Both the position numbers and the translations under genes were made by a program. The notes below the pieces were generated by a model. The model saw only the letters and a program-made list of their open reading frames with translations, was not told where the DNA came from and did no database searches. Source: Actinomycetota bacterium (GTDB taxonomy: Bacteria; Actinomycetota; Actinomycetes; Actinomycetales; Microbacteriaceae). Taken from it: a DNA stretch of 64,000 nt. Positions 56,015 to 64,000 of the stretch are shown piece after piece; within the stretch, counting starts at the first letter, position 1, and each line of letters starts with the position of its first letter. The stretch is taken from NCBI GenBank assembly GCA_013297625.1, contig JAAFHT010000001.1, positions 2,200-66,199 on the forward strand. Direction: 5' to 3'.

Positions 56015-57736
56015 CTAGGCCTCGGCGGGGGAGGGTGCCGCGGCGCTCTGCTCGAGCGCGGCATCCGTCGCCGTCGCAGCGGTGGGGAGGAGCGGTGAGC
56101 TCGATGCGAGCGGCAGCGACACCTGGAAGGTCGCGCCCCCGCCGGGAGTGTCGAGAACGGCCACCGAACCGCCGTGCAGCGCGACGATCGAGGCCACGAT
56201 CGCGAGACCCAAGCCCGAGCCGCCCGTGTCGCGAGCGCGCGACGAATCGGCGCGGAAGAACCGCTCGAAGATGCGCTCTTTCAGTTGGGCCGGAATGCCG
56301 TCACCGTGATCAACGACCGCAACGGTCGCCATGCCCTGGGCACTGTCGACTCCGACGACGAGCTCGATGGGTGAGCCGGGCGGCGAGAAGCGCATGGCAT
56401 TGCCCATGAGGTTGGTGATGACCTGGCGAATCTTGTTTTCTTCGCCGAGCACGATGGCCTCGACGGGCAGGTGGGGCGTTTCATCAAGAATCGGGCTCGG
56501 GATGCTCTCGGCAGGCCGGCGAGTGCGCAGGCCGCGCAACCGCGCGAAGGCCGAGCTTGCGAGCCGACCGGTGGGCTCGGGGGTGCTGATCGGCACGGAG
56601 TGGGTGAGCTCAGCATCCGTCGTCGCCGCATCGGACGCCGTCGAGGCGTCGGCCAGCACGACGGTCACGTCGCGATCGGGTGAACTCGCCATCGCGTCGA
56701 GAGCCGCGTCGCGCGCGACGGGAACGAGGTCGACGGGAGCGAGTTCGAGCGGCCGTGACTCGTCGAGTCGCGCGAGCTCGAGCAGGTCGCTCACGAGCGC
56801 GCCCATGCGAATGGCTTCTTTTTCGATGCGCTGCATGGCCTGGGCCACGTCATCGGCAGAGTCGAGAGCACCCATGCGATAGAGCTCGGCATAGCCGCGC
56901 ACCGAGACGAGGGGAGTGCGCAGCTCGTGGCTCGCATCGCCGACAAAGCGACGCATTTGCGAGATGGTTGCCGCGCGGTCGGCGAAGGCGCGGTCGATGC
57001 GGCTAAGCATGGCGTTGAGCGAGCGATTGAGGCGCCCGACCTCGGTGTTGGGGGTCGCGCCGCCGAGTCGCTGACTAAAGTCGCCGCTCGCGAACCGGGC
57101 GGCCGTGGCTTCGACATCGCGCAAGGGGCGGAAGGTCGAAGTGACGAGCATGCGCGTGACGGCCGCGCTCAAGATGACGACGACGAGACCGAAGCCCAAA
57201 AACACCGAGGCGAATGAGCCGATGATGGCGTTGGCATCGCCCAGATCGGCCCCGATGAGTAGCGTGGCCTCGGTGCTCTCGCCCGTCTCAGAGTTGGTGA
57301 CCTTCAGCGGAAACGTGATGATGCGCCACTGTGTCGTGCGATCGGTGCTCGTGACCGTCAGGCCGCCCTCGAGCTCGCCGACGAACTCACTCGTCAATCG
57401 CGTGATGTCGGGCGCCTGCGGGCGGCTGTCGTCGCTCACGTTGTCGTCGATGAGCACACCGTCGGCGTCAACGGCGCCGAAGTAGAACGGGTTCGAGAAG
57501 ATCGACGGGGTCAGCTCGTCGAAGGAGTCGAACTCGTCGACCGCGAACGACTCGGGCAGGTCATCCGCCGCCTGATTGATCTGGCGGTCAACCTCGTCAA
57601 TGAGCGTGCGCTGCAGCACCGTGAGGGTGCCGATGCCGACCACGAGCAGACCGAGCGTCACGACGAAGACGGTGACGCCGGTGATCTTCGACCGTAGCGA
57701 GATCGACTCCCACCACTGCGTCACCTGCTCGTGCAC
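56015..57736 (-). CDS. sensor histidine kinase (two TM spans, HAMP, HisKA, HATPase)
   Basis: H-box FVGDASHELRTPL, N-box NLMGNAMRF, G-boxes DHGDGIP and GGSGLGLAIV. Confidence 0.88.
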   Translation of the reverse strand: MHEQVTQWWESISLRSKITGVTVFVVTLGLLVVGIGTLTVLQRTLIDEVDRQINQAADDLPESFAVDEFDSFDELTPSIFSNPFYFGAVDADGVLIDDNVSDDSRPQAPDITRLTSEFVGELEGGLTVTSTDRTTQWRIITFPLKVTNSETGESTEATLLIGADLGDANAIIGSFASVFLGFGLVVVILSAAVTRMLVTSTFRPLRDVEATAARFASGDFSQRLGGATPNTEVGRLNRSLNAMLSRIDRAFADRAATISQMRRFVGDASHELRTPLVSVRGYAELYRMGALDSADDVAQAMQRIEKEAIRMGALVSDLLELARLDESRPLELAPVDLVPVARDAALDAMASSPDRDVTVVLADASTASDAATTDAELTHSVPISTPEPTGRLASSAFARLRGLRTRRPAESIPSPILDETPHLPVEAIVLGEENKIRQVITNLMGNAMRFSPPGSPIELVVGVDSAQGMATVAVVDHGDGIPAQLKERIFERFFRADSSRARDTGGSGLGLAIVASIVALHGGSVAVLDTPGGGATFQVSLPLASSSPLLPTAATATDAALEQSAAAPSPAEA

Positions 57737-57763
57737 GGAGGTCGCCGTTCTCGCGAAACCCCG

Positions 57764-58456
57764 CTAGGCCTTGGCAGCCTTGAGCATGTAGCCGAAGCCG
57801 CGCTTCGTCTGGATGATCGGTTCGTCGGTGTGCGGGTCGAGCTTGCGGCGCAGGTACGAGATGTAGCTCTCGACGATGCCGGCGTCGCCGTTGAAGTCGT
57901 ATTCCCACACGTGGTCGAGAATCTGCGCCTTCGACAACACCCGGTTGGGGTTGAGCATGAGGTAGCGCAGCAGCTTGAACTCGGTGGGGCTGAGCTCGAT
58001 GACCTCGTCGCCGACCGTGACCTCGTGCGTGTCTTGGTCCATCGTGAGGTCGCCCGTACGAATGACCGAGTCGTCTTCTTCTTGCATCGTGCGGCGCAAA
58101 ATCGCCTTGATGCGCGCGACGATCTCGTCGAGGCTGAAGGGCTTCGTGACGTAGTCGTCGCCGCCGACGGTGAGACCCATGATCTTGTCGTCGGTGTCGT
58201 CTTTCGCCGTGAGGAAAAGGATGGGGCTCGTGTAGCCGCTCGACCGCAGTCGCTTCGTCACGCCGAAGCCGTTGATGTCGGGCAACATGACGTCAAGAAT
58301 GATGAGGTCGGGCTCTTCTTCGAGCACGGCCGAGATGGCCTGGGCCCCGTTGCCGACGGCGCGCACGGCAAAGCCGGCGAAGCGGAGGCTCGTGGTGAGC
58401 AGGTCGCGAATGTTCGGTTCGTCGTCAACGATGAGAATCTTGGGTCCGTCAGCCAT
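57764..58456 (-). CDS. OmpR-family response regulator
   Basis: ILIVDDE, LIILDVMLPD, FLTAKD and DDYVTKPF motifs. Winged-helix C-terminus RGFGYML. Confidence 0.92.
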   Translation of the reverse strand: MADGPKILIVDDEPNIRDLLTTSLRFAGFAVRAVGNGAQAISAVLEEEPDLIILDVMLPDINGFGVTKRLRSSGYTSPILFLTAKDDTDDKIMGLTVGGDDYVTKPFSLDEIVARIKAILRRTMQEEDDSVIRTGDLTMDQDTHEVTVGDEVIELSPTEFKLLRYLMLNPNRVLSKAQILDHVWEYDFNGDAGIVESYISYLRRKLDPHTDEPIIQTKRGFGYMLKAAKA

Positions 58457-58541
58457 GCACTCAGTATCTGGGCTTTTAGTGAAAGTTTGCTGAATGCCAT
58501 CGGCCTGTCGAGATATCGGTGCGGGGCACTAATGTTCGGCT

Positions 58542-59237
58542 ATGCAGATCATCCTGATTCCCGGCTTCTGGCTTGACGGTGACTCGTGGGGTGGCATCGC
58601 CGCCGATCTCGCGGCGGCGGGTCACGCGGTCACGGCCGTGACGCTGCCCGGCAAGCGCCCTGGCGACACCAACCTCGCGGGCATCGGGCTGCGTACGCAC
58701 GTGGATGCGGTCGTCGAGATCGTCAACGCCATCGACGGCCCCGTGGTGCTCGTTGGGCACTCGGGCGGCGGAACCATCGCGTGGGCCGTCACCGATTCGC
58801 GGCCCGACCGCATCGCGCGCGTCGTGTTTGTCGACGCGATTCCGATGCCCTCCGGTAGCGTCATCAACGACGAGCTGCCCGTCGAGGGCGACACCGTGCC
58901 GCTGCCCGACTGGTCGGTGTTCGAACCCGAAGACCTCATCGATCTCGACGACGAGCTGCGCGCGCACTTTCGCGCGATCGCGGTGCCGGAGCCCGTCGGC
59001 GTTGCACACGAGCCGACGCGCCTGGACAACGAGGAACGCTTTGCCGTGCCCGTCACGATCATCGCGTGCCAATTTCCGGCGGCGCTCGTGCAGCAAGCGA
59101 TCGGCAACGAGCGCGAGTGGGCGGCGGAAGTGGCAGGCATGCAGCACCTCGAGCTTGTCGAGCTACCCACCGGCCACTGGCCGCAGTTCACGCGGCCGGC
59201 CGAGCTGGCGCGCAGCATCCTGAGCGCCATCGGCTGA
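58542..59237 (+). CDS. alpha/beta hydrolase
   Basis: Nucleophile elbow VGHSGGG. 231 aa. Confidence 0.8.
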   Translation: MQIILIPGFWLDGDSWGGIAADLAAAGHAVTAVTLPGKRPGDTNLAGIGLRTHVDAVVEIVNAIDGPVVLVGHSGGGTIAWAVTDSRPDRIARVVFVDAIPMPSGSVINDELPVEGDTVPLPDWSVFEPEDLIDLDDELRAHFRAIAVPEPVGVAHEPTRLDNEERFAVPVTIIACQFPAALVQQAIGNEREWAAEVAGMQHLELVELPTGHWPQFTRPAELARSILSAIG

Positions 59238-59249
59238 CAGCGGCGGGCG

Positions 59250-60899
59250 TCAGGCGGCTGCGGCGATCTGGTCAGCGTCGAGAATCGTGTAGCTGTAGCC
59301 CTGCTCGGCGAGAAACCGCTGGCGGTTTTGCGCGAAGTCTTGGTCGACGGTGTCGCGCGCGACGAGCGTGTAGAAGGTCGCGGGAATGCCGCTTTGCTTC
59401 GGCCGCAGTAGGCGCCCCAGGCGCTGCGCTTCTTCTTGGCGTGAGCCGAACGAGCCCGAGACCTGAATCGCGACCGTTGCTTCGGGCAGGTCGACCGAGA
59501 AGTTGGCGACCTTCGAGACGACGAGCACCGGTGTGCGGCCATCCCGAAACTCTTGAAACAGCCGCTCACGCTCGTCGACGGGCGTCGCACCCGTCAGCTG
59601 GGGTACGCCGAGTGCTTCGCTGAGCTCGTCGATCTGGTCGAGGTATTGCCCGATGACCAGGATGCGTTCGCCCTCGTGCTGCTTCACGAGGCGCTGCACA
59701 ACTCCGAGCTTGGCCGGTGCCGTCGCCGCGAGTCGGTAGCGCTGGTCATCGGCGCTCGCCGCGTACTCGAGTCGCTCGGTCGGGGGTAGGTCGATACGCA
59801 CCTCGAAGCAACTCGCGGGGGAGATGTAGCCCTGCTCTTCGATCTCTTTCCACGGCGCATCGAATCGCTTAGGCCCGATGAGGCTGAAGACGTCGCTCTC
59901 GCGGCCGTCTTCGCGCACGAGCGTGGCCGTAAGGCCCAGGCGGCGGCGGGCCTGCAGTTCGGCCGTGAGCTTGAATACGGGCGCGGGCAGCAAGTGCACC
60001 TCGTCGTAGACGATGAGGCCCCAGTCGAGCGCGTCGAGCAAGGAGAGGTGAGCGTATTCGCCCTTTCGCTTGGCGGTGAGAATTTGGTAGGTCGCGATCG
60101 TGACGGGCTTGATCTCTTTGACCTGGCCCGAGTACTCGCCAATCTCGTCTTCCGTCAGGCTCGTGCGCGCGAGCAGCTCAGCCCGCCACTGCCGGGCCGA
60201 GACCGTGTTGGTGACGAGAATCAGCGTGGTCGTATCGGCCTGCGCCATCGCGCCAGCACCCACGAGCGTCTTGCCCGCGCCGCAGGGCAGCACCACAACT
60301 CCGGACCCGCCCTCGAAGAACTGGTCGATCGCCTGCTGCTGGTACGGCCGCAGGCCCCACTCCGCGAGATCGAGGTCAATCTGGTGCGGGGTGCCCGGGG
60401 TGTAACCCGCGAGGTCTTCGGCCGGCCAGCCGATCTTCACGAGTTCTTGCTTGATCTGACCGCGCGCCCAGGGGGCCAACTCGAAGGCAGAGTGATCGAT
60501 GCGCCGCGTGAGCAGCGGGGCCACCTTCTTGTTGGCGGCGATCTCGGTGAGCACCGCAGCATCCGTCGACCGCAGCACGAGCGTGCCTTCTTCGTTACGC
60601 ACGATGATCAAGCGGCCGTAGCGCCCCACGGTTTCGGTGATGTCGATCGAGACCGACTGCGGCACCGGAAACTTGGCGTACTTCTCGAGCACGGCGAGCA
60701 TCTCGTCGGCTTCGTGGCCGGCGGCGCGGGCGTTCCAGAGGCCCAGCCGCGTGATGCGGTAGGTGTGCACGTGCTCGGGCGCGCGCTCGAGTTCAGCGAA
60801 CACCGCGAGGGCATGGCGAGCCTCGTTCGCGCGCGGGTTGGCTACCTCGAGCAGCACAGTGCGGTCGCTCTGAACGATGAGGGGCCCGTCGGGATTCAT
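59250..60899 (-). CDS. XPB/ERCC3-type DNA repair helicase
   Basis: N-terminal damage-recognition-like IVQSDRTVLLE, motif I LPCGAGKT, motif II YDEVH. ORF trimmed to ATG 60899. Confidence 0.9.
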   Translation of the reverse strand: MNPDGPLIVQSDRTVLLEVANPRANEARHALAVFAELERAPEHVHTYRITRLGLWNARAAGHEADEMLAVLEKYAKFPVPQSVSIDITETVGRYGRLIIVRNEEGTLVLRSTDAAVLTEIAANKKVAPLLTRRIDHSAFELAPWARGQIKQELVKIGWPAEDLAGYTPGTPHQIDLDLAEWGLRPYQQQAIDQFFEGGSGVVVLPCGAGKTLVGAGAMAQADTTTLILVTNTVSARQWRAELLARTSLTEDEIGEYSGQVKEIKPVTIATYQILTAKRKGEYAHLSLLDALDWGLIVYDEVHLLPAPVFKLTAELQARRRLGLTATLVREDGRESDVFSLIGPKRFDAPWKEIEEQGYISPASCFEVRIDLPPTERLEYAASADDQRYRLAATAPAKLGVVQRLVKQHEGERILVIGQYLDQIDELSEALGVPQLTGATPVDERERLFQEFRDGRTPVLVVSKVANFSVDLPEATVAIQVSGSFGSRQEEAQRLGRLLRPKQSGIPATFYTLVARDTVDQDFAQNRQRFLAEQGYSYTILDADQIAAAA

Positions 60900-60939
60900 A
60901 ACGGGCCAGTCTAGGCCGCTCGGCTGAGAGGGGCCGCGC

Positions 60940-62799
60940 CTACTCGAGAGGCTCGAGGGCCGTGATGCTCGCAACCGGGAGTGTGCGCTCGATGTCGGCG
61001 GCCTTGTCGCGCCCGCGCACCCGCCCCGCAGCGATGCCTGTGGGCTCGAGGTCGAACGAGCGCTGGCTGCCGTCGGGCAACTGCACGGTGGCGCGCAACG
61101 AGAGTTTGCCGCGCAACGCGAGTTCCCACTGCCGGGCGACCCACGCCGAGTCGCCGTCGATTCCCACGGTTGACCCACTGCGGATGCGCGCGACCGCCGC
61201 GGCCACCGAGTCATCGACAACGACGGGCGCCGGGCGGCTGCGCGTGCGGCCCGGGCGCTCGGGCGTGATCGTGCCTTCGTCGGCTGCCGCGGGATATCGC
61301 GCGTCGATGAGCGTCCACAGCACGACCGCGGGGTCGAAGCGGCTCACCGCTCGCTGGGGGCCCACGCGTCGTAGCGCGAGCGATGCCGTGGCGGCGTCGA
61401 CCAAAATCGCCTCGATGAGCAATGGGTCATCGCTGCGCACCGACGTGCGCGCGCTCAACTCGGCCGACTCGTGGTGGTCGAGAGCCCCCACGCGCACGGC
61501 GCCGTAGCGTCGGGCGGTTTCGGCGATGAGGTAGGCGAGCGGTTGCGGAACCCCCGAGAGCGAGATGCTCGAGAGAAACGCGGTGAGGTCGTCGGCCGTG
61601 TCGCCCATGGCAATCGCGCGCGTCACGCTCTCGGCCGTGATGCGATACCGGCCCGCGAGGCCCGAGCTCTCGACCTCAGCGACTCGACGCAATTGCTCAT
61701 CGATCGCGCCCGCGAGGGGGCCGGGCGACACAATCGTGAGGTCGTGCTGCACGTACACCTGGGTGACTTCGGCCGGGACGAGCGGGGCGAGCACGCCAGC
61801 GGCCGTGGATGCGTCGCTCACGACAAGCGCGCGGCCAAACGAGCTCGGCCGACCGTCGACTGCGATGCCCAACCGGTCGGCTTGCACACCGCGGCGGTTG
61901 AGGCGCGCGAGTAACGGCTCGCCGCCTGCGGGATACAGCCACTGGACGAAGTCGGCGAGCCCTGACCCCCACCGTGAATCTGCCCGCTCGGCCAGCAGGC
62001 TCACGAGCTCGGGCGGCAGCGCCAAGCGCCACGCCTCAGCGAGAGCGCTCCACCGTTCGGCGAGCGTGCGGCGCCGCCACGCGTCGCCGAGCTCGGTCGA
62101 GCGCGTCGACCCGGCATCGTCGTCGATGAGCCCCGCGAGTGCCGCGAGATCGGTGAGCGTCGGCACCTCGTCGAGCGAGCACCCTGCCGCAGCGGCAAGC
62201 CGCTTGGCGTCGGGCAGCGACAACCCGCCGCGCGCGAGCAACCGCCCGGGAGTCTCGCCGAGCGCGAGCACGACCTCGGTCACGGCGGTCGTCGTCGTAA
62301 ACGCGCGTTCGGCCGCGCCACGGTCGAGGAAGCGCCGGTCGGCATCGCCCACAGCGGTGAGCGTCGGCGGCGCGGCGTCAGACCGCAGCGCCTCAGCGCT
62401 CGGCAGGCCGCGCGCGGGCCACGCGGCGAGCTCGGCGGCAACGGCCGGCCAGACGACCACGTGAGAGTCGGTGCGATCGCACAGCAGGGCATCCATCGCC
62501 GGGTGCAGGTCGTGCAGAACCTCGTCGGGCGAGCGTTCGAGACGCGCGGCGAGCTCGGCCGGGGTGGCACCCTCACCAAACTCTGCGGCCGTGGCGAGTG
62601 CGGCCAGTGCGCGCCGCGTCAGACCCGAGAGAGCGAGAACCAGAGCGGCCGGGTCGAGCAACGCCTCGGCGAGGTCGAAGACGTCGCGCAGCGAGGCCGC
62701 CGAGATGCCGCGCTCACGAATGACGCGCGCGACGACAGCATCGTCAAGGTCGCGAAGCCGCGCCGCGAGTGCGAGAGATGCGGCGCTAGTTGCTGGCAT
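60940..62799 (-). CDS. helicase-associated protein (partner of actinobacterial XPB)
   Basis: Conserved position upstream of XPB, as with the Rv0862c/Rv0861c pair. No catalytic motif recognised. Start at ATG 62799. Confidence 0.65.
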   Translation of the reverse strand: MPATSAASLALAARLRDLDDAVVARVIRERGISAASLRDVFDLAEALLDPAALVLALSGLTRRALAALATAAEFGEGATPAELAARLERSPDEVLHDLHPAMDALLCDRTDSHVVVWPAVAAELAAWPARGLPSAEALRSDAAPPTLTAVGDADRRFLDRGAAERAFTTTTAVTEVVLALGETPGRLLARGGLSLPDAKRLAAAAGCSLDEVPTLTDLAALAGLIDDDAGSTRSTELGDAWRRRTLAERWSALAEAWRLALPPELVSLLAERADSRWGSGLADFVQWLYPAGGEPLLARLNRRGVQADRLGIAVDGRPSSFGRALVVSDASTAAGVLAPLVPAEVTQVYVQHDLTIVSPGPLAGAIDEQLRRVAEVESSGLAGRYRITAESVTRAIAMGDTADDLTAFLSSISLSGVPQPLAYLIAETARRYGAVRVGALDHHESAELSARTSVRSDDPLLIEAILVDAATASLALRRVGPQRAVSRFDPAVVLWTLIDARYPAAADEGTITPERPGRTRSRPAPVVVDDSVAAAVARIRSGSTVGIDGDSAWVARQWELALRGKLSLRATVQLPDGSQRSFDLEPTGIAAGRVRGRDKAADIERTLPVASITALEPLE

Positions 62800-63058
62800 C
62801 CGTCGCCGCTCGCCCCCGGCGCACAGCGCTGACGACAAGCAGCACGATGATGAGCACGAAGCCGATCGGCAAACCGATAAGCGGCAGAATGACGACGCTC
62901 GGCCACACGCCCTGCGTGAAGTCATCGCCCGAGAGGCCCGAGTTAACGCCCACGAGCACGGCGAAGAGGCTGCCGATACTCAGCAGAATGATGGCGGCCA
63001 CCATGTACGCGAGCGAACGCTCAACGCGACTGTTCATGACGAACGACTCTTCGGGCAT
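62786..63058 (-). CDS. small two-TM membrane protein, probably leaderless
   Basis: Two hydrophobic spans. TATTCT -10-like box 6 nt upstream of ATG 63058 and no RBS. 14-nt overlap with the downstream gene. Confidence 0.5.
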   Translation of the reverse strand: MPEESFVMNSRVERSLAYMVAAIILLSIGSLFAVLVGVNSGLSGDDFTQGVWPSVVILPLIGLPIGFVLIIVLLVVSAVRRGRAATDASN

Positions 63059-63174
63059 ACGTCAAGAATAGGGTCGATCTCAGACCTCGCCGTACCCCCT
63101 GTCGCAGGGGCAGGGCGTTCGGGGCCGTTCGCAGGTATCCTCAGAGGCTGGACCACCAATTGAGGAGTGCACGC

Positions 63175-63555
63175 ATGCCTACCGGCAAGGTCAAGTTCTA
63201 CGACCAAGAAAAGGGCTTCGGCTTCATCGCGAGCGATGAGGGTGACGAAGTCTTCTTGCACGCCTCTGCGCTGCCCGAGGGTGCTGCCGTTAAGGCAGGC
63301 ACCAAGCTCGAGTTCGGCATCGCCGACGGAAAGCGCGGCGCGCAAGCGCTCTCGGTGCGCATTCTCGACGCCAAGCCCTCGCTCGCGCGCGCCAACCGCA
63401 AGTCGGCTGACGACATGTCGATCATTATCGAAGACCTCGTCAAGCTGCTCGACGGCATCGGCTCAAACCTCAAGCGCGGCCGCTACCCCGACGGCGAGCA
63501 CGGCAAGAAGATCGCCGCCGTTCTGCGTCGCGTCGCCGACGACCTGGAGGGCTAA
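63175..63555 (+). CDS. cold-shock-domain protein with C-terminal extension
   Basis: GKVKFYDQEKGFGFI and VFLHAS motifs. GAGGAG RBS. 126 aa. Confidence 0.85.
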   Translation: MPTGKVKFYDQEKGFGFIASDEGDEVFLHASALPEGAAVKAGTKLEFGIADGKRGAQALSVRILDAKPSLARANRKSADDMSIIIEDLVKLLDGIGSNLKRGRYPDGEHGKKIAAVLRRVADDLEG

Positions 63556-63561
63556 CCGCCC

Positions 63562-64000
63562 GTGGCGCGCGCCCCCAAGAAGGCCGCCGCAGTCGTGGCC
63601 AGCACCGACGCGCTCGAGCCTCTCGCTCGGCAAGCGCTCGGCGAGATCACGCACCCCTCAAACGTCGGTGCGGTTCGGGATGTCGTCGTCGCCGACGATG
63701 TCGCGACCGTGCGCTTCTCGACCACCCAGGGCGGCTACCCCGGTTGGTACTGGACGGTCTCGATCGCCGTCAACCCCGGTCTCGAGCCGAGCGTGCTCGA
63801 GACCGAGCTCATGCCCGCCGAGGGCGCCCTCGTCGCGCCCGACTGGGTGCCGTGGGCTGACCGACTCGAAGACTATTTGGCACAGCAGGCGGCCGATGCC
63901 GAGCACGCTGATGACGACGATGATGACGACCTCGACGACGACGACGAGGATGACGACGATTTCGACGACGAGGTCGACGGCGGGCACCTTGCCGACGACG
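63562..64000 (+). CDS. DUF3027-like protein (partial, runs off the window end)
   Basis: GTG 63562, open to the end of the window and so absent from the ORF track. GGYPGWYWTVSIA block followed by a long Asp-rich tract. Confidence 0.7.
   Translation, partial: MARAPKKAAAVVASTDALEPLARQALGEITHPSNVGAVRDVVVADDVATVRFSTTQGGYPGWYWTVSIAVNPGLEPSVLETELMPAEGALVAPDWVPWADRLEDYLAQQAADAEHADDDDDDDLDDDDEDDDDFDDEVDGGHLADD

Overview
High-GC (by eye about 70%) actinobacterial chromosome segment, Microbacteriaceae-like in gene content. It is densely packed, mostly core housekeeping genes, and uses many 1-4 nt stop/start overlaps (ATGA, GTGA, TAATG). I support about 60 CDS. These include two ABC exporters, chrA, icd, a P1B ATPase, purU, glyA-folD, pxpABC, tdk, a class A PBP, acs, a tad-like pilus locus, topA-tmk-holB, a P450, msrB, haem uptake and degradation genes, groEL, a two-component system and XPB helicase. 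I also support two tRNAs: Pro-CGG and Thr-CGT. Non-coding elements read from the sequence are a ZTP (pfl-motif) riboswitch ahead of glyA-folD and a 6C-type sRNA with its own promoter and terminator ahead of the tad locus. There are also two tandem CIRCE operators ahead of groEL, IdeR/DtxR-type iron boxes ahead of hmuO and hmuT, and several intrinsic terminators. I saw no CRISPR array, transposase, integrase or rRNA. The best candidates for something new are three. (1) A visibly lower-GC three-gene islet at 18.7-20.2 kb, where an XRE-HTH protein is coupled to a minimal nucleotidyltransferase and faces a divergent orphan gene; this is a possible toxin-antitoxin or defence module. (2) A compact ApbE / FMN-lipoprotein / NqrB-like-FNR fusion cluster at 9.9-13.4 kb that reads as a self-contained transmembrane flavin electron conduit. 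(3) A promoter-proximal ~240-nt structured leader with a tRNA T-arm-like motif ahead of an SPFH gene, beside a tRNA-Thr 3'-end duplication scar. Most long ORFs antisense to these genes in the six-frame track are high-GC artefacts. All family assignments come from motif recognition by eye, not from searches.
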